DNA of 64,000 nt from Candidatus Latescibacterota bacterium (lineage in GTDB: Bacteria; Latescibacterota; UBA2968; GCA-2709665): assembly GCA_965222075.1 (NCBI GenBank), contig OZ244937.1, positions 3,072,001 to 3,136,000 on the forward strand, in the 5' to 3' direction. Position 1 is the first letter of the stretch; every line of letters begins with the position of its first letter. The notes beneath the pieces are model-generated. The model was not told where the DNA came from. It did not search any database and worked only from the letters and a program-made list of their open reading frames with translations. Positions 40,553 through 49,440 of this stretch are shown piece after piece. The position numbers were made by a program, and so were the translations under genes.

Positions 40553-40762
40553 CGTCCAGAAAATCTTAGACGAAATCGCCTGCTCAAACTCGCCCGGGAA
40601 AAGGGCGGCAGCCTCACCGTCCTCGAAGCCGCCACCGATGCCCGCATGACCGTAGAAAAGGCCGAGGAGATCCTCCGAGAACTGGCCGCCCGGGGCCACG
40701 CCGAGGTCCGCGTCTCCGAGTCGGGCCTCATCGTCTACTACTTCCCGGTGCACGAACTCTGA
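40545..40762 (+). CDS. Small winged-helix protein, frameshifted near 40573 (absent from ORF track)
   Basis: ATG overlaps the pspA stop (MRDVQKILDE); one extra A joins it to NRLLKLAREKGGSLTVLEAATDARMTVEKAEEILRELAARGHAEVRVSESGLIVYYFPVHEL*. Confidence 0.7.
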
Positions 40763-40781
40763 AACCTCAGGGAGGGCTGTC

Positions 40782-40991
40782 ATGATCGAAGTCGGATTTG
40801 GAGTTGCGCTGATCATCCTCGCTGTTGCGATCCTCAAATACGTGGAGCGACGCTACAAAGGCGCCATCCCCAGCGATGCCGAAGAACGGCTCATGGCCCG
40901 AATGGCCGAACTCGAACGACGCCTCACAGACATCCAGGACGTCATGATCACCATCGACGAAAAAATGAGCAGGAGCAATCCGGAGGAATGA
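40782..40991 (+). CDS. Small single-TM coiled-coil protein, PspB-like
   Basis: GGAGG RBS; N-terminal TM; RMAELERRLTDIQDVMITIDEK. Confidence 0.75.
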   Translation: MIEVGFGVALIILAVAILKYVERRYKGAIPSDAEERLMARMAELERRLTDIQDVMITIDEKMSRSNPEE

Positions 40992-41117
40992 TCTTCAGTG
41001 ACGCCGAAAAACGGCTCATTGGCCTGGATAGACGAACTCGAACGCATGCTCACAGACATCCAGGACGTCATGATCACCATCGACAATAAAATGAGCAGGC
41101 CCAAAGTGGAAATTTAA
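40988..41117 (+). pseudogene. Degenerate tandem duplicate of the 3' half of the PspB-like gene
   Basis: Near-identical DNA (ctcacagacatccaggacgtcatgatcaccatcgac); 1-nt insertion at cattggcc; no TM segment. Confidence 0.7.
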
Positions 41118-41150
41118 ACCGTTCACCCAAACCCACAGGGAGGAAAATAA

Positions 41151-41408
41151 ATGATAGGCTGGATCCTGGAACTGATGATCGGCTTCTCTCTGATCATCGT
41201 CGTAAGCGGAACAGTAAGCTACGTTCACCTGAGGCTGAAACGCGCCTCGAAGGGAGTGAATCCGGACCGGGCCAAGCGGATGGAAGCCCGGCTGGACACC
41301 CTGGAACAGAGGTTGACCGATATTCAGGACATTATCATCGCCATCGACGAGAAGCTGAACCGGGCAGACTACCGACCGCCATCTCCGGTCCAAACAGACA
41401 AAGGATAA
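41151..41408 (+). CDS. Second single-TM coiled-coil protein, PspB-like
   Basis: GGAGG RBS; TM; RLDTLEQRLTDIQDIIIAIDEK. Confidence 0.75.
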   Translation: MIGWILELMIGFSLIIVVSGTVSYVHLRLKRASKGVNPDRAKRMEARLDTLEQRLTDIQDIIIAIDEKLNRADYRPPSPVQTDKG

Positions 41409-41412
41409 CGCC

Positions 41413-41592
41413 ATGCTCTCCAAAATCCTCGGCATCATCTTGATCGTCATCGGGGGTTCCCTGGCCCTCGGTGTCCTGTTTCAACTGATCGGCTCAATTG
41501 TCGGACTGCTCTGGGCCATGATCAAACTGGCCATACCGCTGGTCCTCCTCTACGTCGGCTACCGGCTGCTCACACGGGAACCGGATTATTAA
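41413..41592 (+). CDS. 59-aa two-TM membrane protein, PspG/LiaI-like (absent from ORF track)
   Basis: MLSKILGIILIVIGGSLALGVLFQLIGSIVGLLWAMIKLAIPLVLLYVGYRLLTREPDY; AAGGA RBS; fills the operon gap exactly. Confidence 0.75.
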   Translation: MLSKILGIILIVIGGSLALGVLFQLIGSIVGLLWAMIKLAIPLVLLYVGYRLLTREPDY

Positions 41593-41604
41593 AGGGGTTG
41601 AAAA

Positions 41605-42186
41605 ATGCCACAAACAGAAGACCGCGTCCTGATCCGTCGGGTGCTGGCGGGAGATCACTCAGCTTTTGACACCCTCTACAAGACCCACCATCCACAGGTC
41701 TACGCCATGATCGCCCGTCGCGTCTCCGACAGAGACCTCACAGAAGACCTGGTCCAGACCACCTTCCTGCGCGCCTTCCGTTCCCTTAACACCTACCGGG
41801 GCGACGCGGCCTTCTCCACCTGGCTGACTCAGATCGCCTTAAACGTCTTCAAATCTCACCTCCGGGCGCAGCGGGTGCGGCAGACCTGGGTACACGAAAC
41901 CGAAGACCCCGAACGGGCGACCGGAATCGACCGGGAGCCGGCCCCCTGTGAAAATCCCGAACAGGTGATGCAGCAGAAAGAACGCCGAAAACTCGTCATA
42001 CAGGGCATCCGGTCTCTGCCTGCGCGTTACCGCAAAGCGGTCTGGCTGCGCTACATCAAGGACTGGTCCTACGAAGAAATCACGCAGGCGCTCCAGGTGC
42101 CGATGGGCACGGTCAAAACCCGGCTCTGCCGGGGGCGCCGGCAGTTGAAAGGGGAATTTCGCAAACTGGGCCTCCAGGCAGTATAG
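41605..42186 (+). CDS. ECF RNA polymerase sigma factor
   Basis: EDLVQTTFLRAF, FSTWL..IA.N, SYEEI...L.VPMGTVKTRL.RGR. Confidence 0.92.
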   Translation: MPQTEDRVLIRRVLAGDHSAFDTLYKTHHPQVYAMIARRVSDRDLTEDLVQTTFLRAFRSLNTYRGDAAFSTWLTQIALNVFKSHLRAQRVRQTWVHETEDPERATGIDREPAPCENPEQVMQQKERRKLVIQGIRSLPARYRKAVWLRYIKDWSYEEITQALQVPMGTVKTRLCRGRRQLKGEFRKLGLQAV

Positions 42187-42199
42187 CGGTAGATAGACC

Positions 42200-42229
42200 T
42201 TGACAATCGGGCGGTATTATACATATCAT
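42200..42229 (+). promoter_or_regulatory. Possible internal sigma70 promoter for nfeD-flotillin
   Basis: TTGACA-N18-TATCAT upstream of the AAGGAGG RBS. Confidence 0.5.
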
Positions 42230-42255
42230 GTCGGCCCGGACGAAAGGAGGCAGCC

Positions 42256-42861
42256 ATGGAAGCCTGGTGGACAAACCTGACCACGTTGAACCAGATCCTC
42301 TACCTCGTGGCGATCTTTTTCAGCACGCTCTTCGCCTGGCAGTTTGCGGCGGCCCTGCTCGGCCTGGGAGGGGGCGCCGATGTGGGCGGGGGCGACGCGA
42401 CCGCAGGGGATGCCGGACCGGAGATCGACGACATGGTCCAGGACGCAAGCGTGGCCGCCTTCAAACTCCTGTCGGTCCGTTCCATCATCGCATTTGGCAT
42501 GCTCTTCGGCTGGGCCGGCGCGCTCTACCTCCAGTCGGGCACCGAGGTGGAAAGCGCGCTCCTCTACAGCCTGGTCTGGGGGGCCGCCGCGATGGTCGCC
42601 GTGGCCTATTTTTACCACGGCATTCAGCAGCTCACCGAGACCGGCAACCCCAAGCTGGAGACCTGCGTCGGCGCGTCGGGTGAGGTCTACATCGACATCC
42701 CCGAAAACGGGATCGGGCAGATCCGCGTGGTGGAAAGCGGCGCGGTCTCCTACGTATCCGCCCGGGGGAAAAACGGCGCCCCGATCCCGAACAAGACTCC
42801 GGTATGGGTACGGCGGGTAATCGATGGGACCACGCTCGAGGTCGAACAAATCGAACCCTGA
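42256..42861 (+). CDS. NfeD/YqiJ-like membrane protein with C-terminal OB fold
   Basis: Three TM segments, then VGASGEVYIDIP...GQIRV; directly upstream of flotillin. Confidence 0.85.
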   Translation: MEAWWTNLTTLNQILYLVAIFFSTLFAWQFAAALLGLGGGADVGGGDATAGDAGPEIDDMVQDASVAAFKLLSVRSIIAFGMLFGWAGALYLQSGTEVESALLYSLVWGAAAMVAVAYFYHGIQQLTETGNPKLETCVGASGEVYIDIPENGIGQIRVVESGAVSYVSARGKNGAPIPNKTPVWVRRVIDGTTLEVEQIEP

Positions 42862-42897
42862 ACCCGAAAGCCAACCCACCCCTCAAAGGAGGCTCAT

Positions 42898-44442
42898 ATG
42901 CCAAATCCGATGATCCTGACGATGATTTTAGTCGCGGTCGTGTTTCTGCTGTTCCTGACCTTCATCTCCAGGTACAAGCGCTGCCCGTCCAACAATATCC
43001 TGGTGATCTACGGCAAAACAGGGAGTGGTGCGGCCAAGTGCGTGCACGGAGGCGCGGCCTTCGTCCTGCCCCTGTTGCAGGACTACAAATACCTGGACTT
43101 GGAGCCGTTCGTCGTGCCCATCGACTTAGACAATGCGCTCTCCCAGGAAAACATCCGGGTGTCCGTGCCCACAACGGTCACTGCCGCCGTCTCGAACCAG
43201 CAGGGCATCATGCAAAACGCCGCGGTCCGCCTCCTGGGCCTGTCGCACGACCAGATCCAGAGCCAGGCGCAGGACATCATCCTGGGCCAGATGCGGGCCG
43301 TGATTGCAACAATGGAGATCGAAGAGATCAACCAGGACCGGCAGGCCTTTATGGGCAAGGTCAACGAGGCGGTCTCCACCGAGATGGAAAAAATCGGTCT
43401 GGCCGTGATCAACGTGAACATCAAAGACATCGAGGACGAAAGCGGATATATCAAAGCCCTCGGCCAGAAAGCGGCGGCCGAAGCAATCAACCAGGCGGCC
43501 ATCGACGTGGCCGAGCAGGAGAAAATGGGCAAGGTGGGGGTGGCCGAGCGGGAAAGGGACCAGCGCACGGATGTGGCCGCTGCGAACGCGGCCGCTGAAA
43601 TCGGTGAATCCCAGGCCGCCCGGGACCGGCGTCAGAGGGTCGCCGCCCTCGAATCCGAAGCCGAAATCGGTGAATCCCAGGCCGCCCGGGACCGGCGCCA
43701 GAGTGTCTCCTCTCTGGATGCGGAAGCGGTCCAGGCCGAGGCCGAGGCCGAATCCAAGAAGGCCGGCTACATGGCCCAGCAGAGGGTGGCCGAGGAGGTT
43801 GCCCGGCAAAAAGGGCAGGAGGCCGCAAAGGCCGCAGACGGCGCCATCCGGGTCGCGCAGGAACGGGCGGAGAAAGAGGCCGAGGAAGCCCGGGCGCTGC
43901 GCGAAGAAGCGCGTCTGAAAGCCGAAATCGTCGTACACGCCGAAGCGGAAAAACAGAAGCTGGTGGTACAGTCCGAGGCCGAGAAAACGCAGAAAACCCT
44001 GGTGGCAGAAGGGGAGGCCGCCGCCATCCTGGCCCAGAAGCAAGCCGAAGCCCAGGGCACGCAGGCCATCCTGGATGCGAAGGCCGAAGGTTACAGAGAG
44101 CTGGTGGCCGCATGCGGCGGAAAAGATCAGGCTGCCGCAGCCTTCCTCATCATCGAGCGGCTCACCGAGGTGGCGGGCATCCAGGCCGAGGCCATTCAGA
44201 ACCTGCCTTTGGAGAAGGTGATGGTCTGGGACGGCGGCAATGAACAGGGCGGCCTGTCCAACCTGGGCCAGCGCCTGATGGGCACCATCCCCCCGATGCA
44301 CGATCTGGCCCGGCTGGCCGGCCTGGAGCTCCCTGAATTCCTCGGCAGAATGACGGGAAGCAGCGAGCAGCAGACGCACACGTCCGACAGCGGCGGTGGC
44401 GGTACAGCGGAGGCGGGGGGCCAGACCGGGCCGTCCACTTAA
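42898..44442 (+). CDS. Flotillin (SPFH/Band 7) family protein
   Basis: RYKRCPSN.ILVIYG, GGAAFV.P, GQMR.VIA.M.IEEIN.DR; AE-rich coiled coil. Confidence 0.92.
   Translation: MPNPMILTMILVAVVFLLFLTFISRYKRCPSNNILVIYGKTGSGAAKCVHGGAAFVLPLLQDYKYLDLEPFVVPIDLDNALSQENIRVSVPTTVTAAVSNQQGIMQNAAVRLLGLSHDQIQSQAQDIILGQMRAVIATMEIEEINQDRQAFMGKVNEAVSTEMEKIGLAVINVNIKDIEDESGYIKALGQKAAAEAINQAAIDVAEQEKMGKVGVAERERDQRTDVAAANAAAEIGESQAARDRRQRVAALESEAEIGESQAARDRRQSVSSLDAEAVQAEAEAESKKAGYMAQQRVAEEVARQKGQEAAKAADGAIRVAQERAEKEAEEARALREEARLKAEIVVHAEAEKQKLVVQSEAEKTQKTLVAEGEAAAILAQKQAEAQGTQAILDAKAEGYRELVAACGGKDQAAAAFLIIERLTEVAGIQAEAIQNLPLEKVMVWDGGNEQGGLSNLGQRLMGTIPPMHDLARLAGLELPEFLGRMTGSSEQQTHTSDSGGGGTAEAGGQTGPST
43597..43697 (+). 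repeat. In-frame 35-bp perfect direct repeat, 66-bp period
   Basis: gaaatcggtgaatcccaggccgcccgggaccggcg at 43597 and 43663. Confidence 0.85.
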
Positions 44443-44447
44443 AAGGG

Positions 44448-45815
44448 GTGATTCCTTTGGAAAAAACCCGGGTCCAGGACGCCGACCTCTGCTTCAAAAC
44501 CGGCCTGCGTGCCCTCAAACAGGATAAAAGGGCGGAGGCCCGGCAGGCCTTCGAGGGCGCTGTCGAGCTGCACCCGGACCATCTCAACGCCCGGTTCCAA
44601 CTCGCCCTCCTCTACGCCCGGGGCGGCGCGCCCGGTTCTGCGGGCCGGCAGAAAGCCGTAGCGGCCCTGCAGCACATCCTCGGCGTTGCCGGCCGGGGCG
44701 TGCCCTGTGCGAACCTGGACCGGGTCTGCTTCCTGTTGGGCAGCTTTCTGGACGACACACCCGAAAACCGGGGGAAGGCCATCGCAATCTACCGTCGGGG
44801 GCTCGACGCAGACCCCCTCTTTGCCCCGGGGCACAACAACCTGGGTGTCCTGCTGATGCAATCGGGCCAGACCATCCCGGCCCTGGGCGCCTTTAAAATC
44901 GCCCTCCACTTGGAGCCCGATTACACCCTCCCCTACCAGAACCTGGCCCGCCTCCTCTTCGACCACATGAGCCCTGCCCAGATGGAGCGGGAATACACCT
45001 CCATCATCGAAGAATTTGGCGTTCAGGCACCCCTGGTCCTCTCCAGGCTCTCCCTCGAACTCATCGATCTGGGCCGGGCGCAGGTCTATGAGAGCCTCTA
45101 CACCCGGGGCCACCAGATCAAGAACCTCATGGGCGTGGTCGGCAGCCGGATGCGCCGGCTGATCCGAGAATCGTCGCCCGATGAGAAAGGCCTCGACGAC
45201 CTCAAAGACATTGCCCGCGAACAGGAACGGGTCTACGACCAGTGGGTCGCCTACCTCCGCTCTATGAAACAGCACCCCATGAACCCCACGCTGGTGGAGA
45301 TCCCCCAGCTGGTCCGGAAAGCAAGCGAAAAGGTCGTCACCCGGAAAGGAAGAAAGACCCTCCGCTTCGCATCAGAAGCCCATGTTCCCCAGGTCAAGGC
45401 AGACCCCGGCATGCTCCGCGAGGCTGTCACCAACCTCATCCTCAACGCCCTCGAAGCCGTCGGAGAGGATGGAAAGGTCACCCTTCAGACCGGCTACGAT
45501 CCCAAACGCGCCTCGGTCTACGTCGAAGTGGAGGACAACGGCCCGGGTATCTCCAAACCCCTCCAGGTCCGGATCTTCGACCCCGGATACTCCACCAAAG
45601 AAAAGGGGAACGGCTACGGCCTCAGCATCTGCGCCCGGATCGTCTCGGCCCACCGCGGTAACCTCCGGGTAATGAGCCGGCCCGGCGCCGGCGCCGTCTT
45701 TCGGATTGACCTGCCGGTCGACTTCGAACTCGCCTCCGAAGAGGAGAGCATCGGCCTCCAGGGCGCCCCGCTGCAAACCGCGCGTCACCCCCTCGCCGAG
45801 GAGTTCATCAAGTGA
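44448..45815 (+). CDS. Soluble TPR-repeat histidine kinase
   Basis: TPRs (HNNLGVL, YQNLARL), H-box HQIKNL, NLILNALEA, DNGPG and G.G.GL; no TM. Confidence 0.88.
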   Translation: MIPLEKTRVQDADLCFKTGLRALKQDKRAEARQAFEGAVELHPDHLNARFQLALLYARGGAPGSAGRQKAVAALQHILGVAGRGVPCANLDRVCFLLGSFLDDTPENRGKAIAIYRRGLDADPLFAPGHNNLGVLLMQSGQTIPALGAFKIALHLEPDYTLPYQNLARLLFDHMSPAQMEREYTSIIEEFGVQAPLVLSRLSLELIDLGRAQVYESLYTRGHQIKNLMGVVGSRMRRLIRESSPDEKGLDDLKDIAREQERVYDQWVAYLRSMKQHPMNPTLVEIPQLVRKASEKVVTRKGRKTLRFASEAHVPQVKADPGMLREAVTNLILNALEAVGEDGKVTLQTGYDPKRASVYVEVEDNGPGISKPLQVRIFDPGYSTKEKGNGYGLSICARIVSAHRGNLRVMSRPGAGAVFRIDLPVDFELASEEESIGLQGAPLQTARHPLAEEFIK

Positions 45816-47218
45816 AGGCGCACATCCTCATCGCCGACGACCAGCCCGAAATCCTGGACATGCTCACCCGCAGCCTCCAGGCCGACGGCCGGACCGTTCA
45901 GGCCTTTCCCTCCAGCGCCAACGCGCTTGGCTATCTGCAAAAACACGCCCCGGCAGTCGACATGGCCATCCTCGACCTCGACTTTGGCCCCGGCGAACCC
46001 GACGGCCTGGAAACCCTCCGGCAGATGCGGCAAGAAGCGCCCGACCTGCCCGTAATCATCCTTACCGGCAAAGGCACCGTGGAAACCGCCGTAGCTGCCC
46101 TGCGCCTGGGCGCGGCCGACTTCATTGAAAAAGACTTCTACATCGAAGACAGGCTTGAACTCAGCCTGGAAAAACTCGACCGGATGCTCTCTGTCCTCCG
46201 GGAAAATGCCCGGCTGCGGGCCGAAGTGGACGACCTCGACCGGGAAAACCGGTTCTACCGGGCCGAATTCGGAAAGCGCTACCAGGTCATCAGCGTCAGT
46301 CCCCAGATGCAGCAGATCATGCAGCAGGCCGAGCGCATCGCCTCCATCCCCCGCCCCGTCCTCATCCTGGGCGAACGGGGCACCGGCAAAGAACTGGTGG
46401 CCGCCGCGGTCCACTACGGGGGCGTGCGCAAAGACCGCCCCTTTGTCAAAGTCAACTGCGCGGCCCTCTCCGCCACCCTCTTGGAAAGCGAACTCTTCGG
46501 GCACGAAAAAGGGGCCTTCACCGGTGCGGTCGAGGCCCGCCCGGGCCGGTTCGAGGCCGCCAACGGGGGCACCCTCTTCTTAGACGAAATCGCCAGCACC
46601 ACCCCCGAGTTTCAGCAGAACATCCTGCGCGCCATCGAATACCAGGAAGTACAGCGGGTCGGCGCTGCCGCGCCGGTACCGGTGGACGTGCGCATCATCG
46701 CCGCTACGAATGCCGACCTCGAACGGGAAATGGCCGAAGGCCGCTTCCGGGAGGACCTCTACGACCGCCTCCGGTTCGAAATCATCCGCATCCCCCCCCT
46801 CCGGCAGCGCCGGGAAGACATCCAGCCCTTAGCAGAGTTTTTCGCCGAACAGATCCTCCAGGAAGTCCCCGGCCTTGTACGCCGTCCCTTTTCAAACGCC
46901 GCCACAAAACGGCTGCTCGCTTACGGCTGGCCGGGCAACGTGCGCGACCTCAAATTCGCCGTGGAGCGGGCCGCCTGCATGGTCGCCGGCCCCGCCATCG
47001 AACCCGACGACCTGCCTCCCGAAATCGCCTCGGGCGCATTCGAACCCTCCGGTGAGGGATTTGAAGCGCAGACGAGGGCCTTTGAACTGGGCTTGCTCCG
47101 CCAGGCCCTGCACGCCACCGCCTGGAACCAGCGGCAGGCCGCCGCCCAATTGAAACTCAGCTACGACCAGTTCCGCCACCGCTACCGGAAATACGACCTG
47201 GACCGGGAAAAGCCGTAG
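45812..47218 (+). CDS. Sigma54-dependent response regulator, REC plus PspF-like AAA+/HTH
   Basis: IADD/ILD receiver; [28 protein letters not shown]; HTH NQRQAA..L.LSYDQFR. Confidence 0.9.
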   Translation: MKAHILIADDQPEILDMLTRSLQADGRTVQAFPSSANALGYLQKHAPAVDMAILDLDFGPGEPDGLETLRQMRQEAPDLPVIILTGKGTVETAVAALRLGAADFIEKDFYIEDRLELSLEKLDRMLSVLRENARLRAEVDDLDRENRFYRAEFGKRYQVISVSPQMQQIMQQAERIASIPRPVLILGERGTGKELVAAAVHYGGVRKDRPFVKVNCAALSATLLESELFGHEKGAFTGAVEARPGRFEAANGGTLFLDEIASTTPEFQQNILRAIEYQEVQRVGAAAPVPVDVRIIAATNADLEREMAEGRFREDLYDRLRFEIIRIPPLRQRREDIQPLAEFFAEQILQEVPGLVRRPFSNAATKRLLAYGWPGNVRDLKFAVERAACMVAGPAIEPDDLPPEIASGAFEPSGEGFEAQTRAFELGLLRQALHATAWNQRQAAAQLKLSYDQFRHRYRKYDLDREKP

Positions 47219-47247
47219 CGACACCCAAACGGCCACCACCTTCCACA

Positions 47248-47279
47248 GGCCCGAGCATTCGGGCCATTTTATTGTTTTT
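47248..47279 (+). terminator. Probable terminator of the psp cluster
   Basis: GGCCCGA-gcat-TCGGGCC followed by ATTTTATTGTTTTT. Confidence 0.6.
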
Positions 47280-47316
47280 CGGTAAACACGGGGGGGCGAC
47301 CCGAACGCGGCGCATC

Positions 47317-47355
47317 CTGCCTGCCTGCGCCGGGCTGTGCTCGGCAGGCAGGCAG
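47317..47355. repeat. REP-like palindrome
   Basis: CTGCCTGCCTGC ... GCAGGCAGGCAG 12-bp inverted repeat. Confidence 0.55.
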
Positions 47356-47504
47356 AACCGATTCGATCAACTCCGATAAGGTCTTGTCGTCCGCTTTGGT
47401 CTCGACTGCGGCAAAACGCGCCATCTGCGCACCAGAACCTGACCAACCCATCCGGTTTTATTCGCATTGGAGATGAAGAACAGGCGAAACAACAAGGAGG
47501 CCCC

Positions 47505-48257
47505 ATGAACATCGTCGTATTCGGCGCAGCCGGCTGGACGGGACGGGCCGTGCTGGCCAACCTGGCCGGCAGGCACCATGTCCGCGCATTCGACCGCGGC
47601 CCCGAGGCCTGGGAATCGTGGAAAGATATCGAGGGAGCGTGGGAAGGCGAAATCGTCCACGGCGACATTGCCGACTTCAACGCCGTCCACAACGCCATCG
47701 AAGGAATGGACGCCGTCATTCATACGGCCGTCTACTACAGCGGCGATATCGAAGATAAAAACCCCTTCCTCATCAACCTCAAAGGCCTGTGGAACGTCCT
47801 GGAATCCGCCCACCGGCACGGCCTCAACCGGGCCGTTCACATCGGCTCCTGCCAGACCGTGCACCCCAAAGGCATCTTCTTTACCGCCGACGTCAGACGC
47901 CCGGACGGCGGACTCTACGCCGTCTGCAAGCGCCTGCAGGAGGAGATGTGCCGCCAATTCCACGATGCCTTCGACATGCGCATCGTCGTCCTCCGCCCCC
48001 AGTACATCGTAGACAGCCGCCTGGGAATCGACAAGTACAGGAAAAAAATGGGGTCGGAGGAAATGCCGCTCCGTGAAGGCTGGGTCTGCCGGCACGACTT
48101 AGCCGAAGCCTGCCGGCTCGCGGTCGAGTCTGAAACCGTCGACTTCGACATCTTTCACATCGTCGGCACGCCCGAGTCCGACAGAACCTGCAACGCCGCC
48201 CACTCGCGGGAGGCGCTGGGGCTGACATACAGAGGCAACCTGGAACAGTATCGATAG
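47505..48257 (+). CDS. NAD-dependent epimerase/dehydratase
   Basis: FGAAGWTG, GDIAD and YAVCK motifs; AAGGAGG RBS. Confidence 0.85.
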   Translation: MNIVVFGAAGWTGRAVLANLAGRHHVRAFDRGPEAWESWKDIEGAWEGEIVHGDIADFNAVHNAIEGMDAVIHTAVYYSGDIEDKNPFLINLKGLWNVLESAHRHGLNRAVHIGSCQTVHPKGIFFTADVRRPDGGLYAVCKRLQEEMCRQFHDAFDMRIVVLRPQYIVDSRLGIDKYRKKMGSEEMPLREGWVCRHDLAEACRLAVESETVDFDIFHIVGTPESDRTCNAAHSREALGLTYRGNLEQYR

Positions 48258-48328
48258 CCATGATGGGTAGATTTCAAGCTTGAGCGTAGAACCGAACGCT
48301 CTGTTGGCCACGCTTAATGAGGTCCGCC

Positions 48329-49438
48329 ATGGCCTACGAACAGATTGATCATCGTCGCATCGCCCTCAAACCCCTGTCGGACAGACAGAGTAAGTTCTCC
48401 GTCGACGAAATTCTCGTCGACCCGGACGCTCCTGCCCCCGATCCGGGACCGCTGGCGGACAGTCTTCAGCGCATTGCCGAACAAATACGCATTGCCCGTC
48501 AGCGAGGCGCCGCTGTGATGCTGGCCTACGGAGCCCACCTGATCAAGAACGGCCTGGGACCTACGGTGAGCCGCATGCTGGAGGCAGGCTGGATCACCCA
48601 CCTGGCCACCAATGGAGCCGGTACCATTCACGACTGGGAATACGCCTTCCAGGGACGCTCCGAAGAAGACGTCCGGGCCAATGTGGCCCAGGGGTGTTTC
48701 GGCACCTGGGACGAGACCGGCCGCTACATCCACCTGGCCGTGCTCACCGGCGCTTTGCAGGGCATGGGCTACGGCGAGGCCCTGGGCAAATTCATCTGCG
48801 AGGACGGCTGCGACATCCCCCAGAACAACGAACTGACGTCCGCCCTGAGCGCCTGGGTCCGCAACCCGGCCGATGCCCCGACCATGCCGGCCTACGCCGA
48901 GCTGCTCCAGGCCATGGCGCGCTTTGCCATCCCCCCCGGCCGCTGCCGGGTCGAGCACCCCTACAAGGACGCTTCGCTCACAGCACAGGCCTACCGTCTG
49001 CGCGTTCCCCTCACCGTACATCCGGGCATTGGCTACGACATTATCCACAACCACCACCTGGCCAACGGAGCGGTCACAGGCCGTGGAGCCGACATCGACT
49101 ATCGCGTCTTCGCAGAGGGCGTGCTCAATTTGGATGGGGGGGTTTTTCTCTCGGTAGGCTCGGCCATCATGGCGCCCCAGGTCTTCGAAAAGGCCATGTC
49201 GCTGGCCAACAATCTGCGCCTGCAGCAAGGTGAGAACATCGTGCGGCCTTTCATCGTCGTCAACGACCTCTCACAGGTAGACTGGGACTGGTCCAAAGGC
49301 GAACCGCCCAAAGACGATCCGGCCTACTACCTCAGATTCTGCAAGTCGTTCAGCCGCATGGGCGGAGAAATGACCTATATAGGTGGGGACAACCGTATCT
49401 TCCTTCACAACCTGTACCATATCTTGAAAAATACATAA
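48329..49438 (+). CDS. Deoxyhypusine-synthase-like protein of unknown function
   Basis: GAHLIKNG, LATNGAG.IHD.E, TVH.GIG.DIIH, GSA.MAP.VF.KA. Confidence 0.6.
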   Translation: MAYEQIDHRRIALKPLSDRQSKFSVDEILVDPDAPAPDPGPLADSLQRIAEQIRIARQRGAAVMLAYGAHLIKNGLGPTVSRMLEAGWITHLATNGAGTIHDWEYAFQGRSEEDVRANVAQGCFGTWDETGRYIHLAVLTGALQGMGYGEALGKFICEDGCDIPQNNELTSALSAWVRNPADAPTMPAYAELLQAMARFAIPPGRCRVEHPYKDASLTAQAYRLRVPLTVHPGIGYDIIHNHHLANGAVTGRGADIDYRVFAEGVLNLDGGVFLSVGSAIMAPQVFEKAMSLANNLRLQQGENIVRPFIVVNDLSQVDWDWSKGEPPKDDPAYYLRFCKSFSRMGGEMTYIGGDNRIFLHNLYHILKNT

Positions 49439-49440
49439 AG

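Noticed and set aside
40550-40580. Selenocysteine readthrough of the pspA TGA into the winged-helix frame
   Set aside because: PspA is already full length, there is no Cys/redox context and no SECIS at the expected spacing. A 1-nt frameshift from the overlapping ATG is simpler.
40860-41360. Spaced direct repeats as a CRISPR array
   Set aside because: The repeats are coding paralog segments with irregular spacing, and no cas genes are present.
47269-47451. 60-aa minus-strand ORF in the intergenic region
   Set aside because: Runs through a REP-like palindrome and terminator; no recognisable motif.
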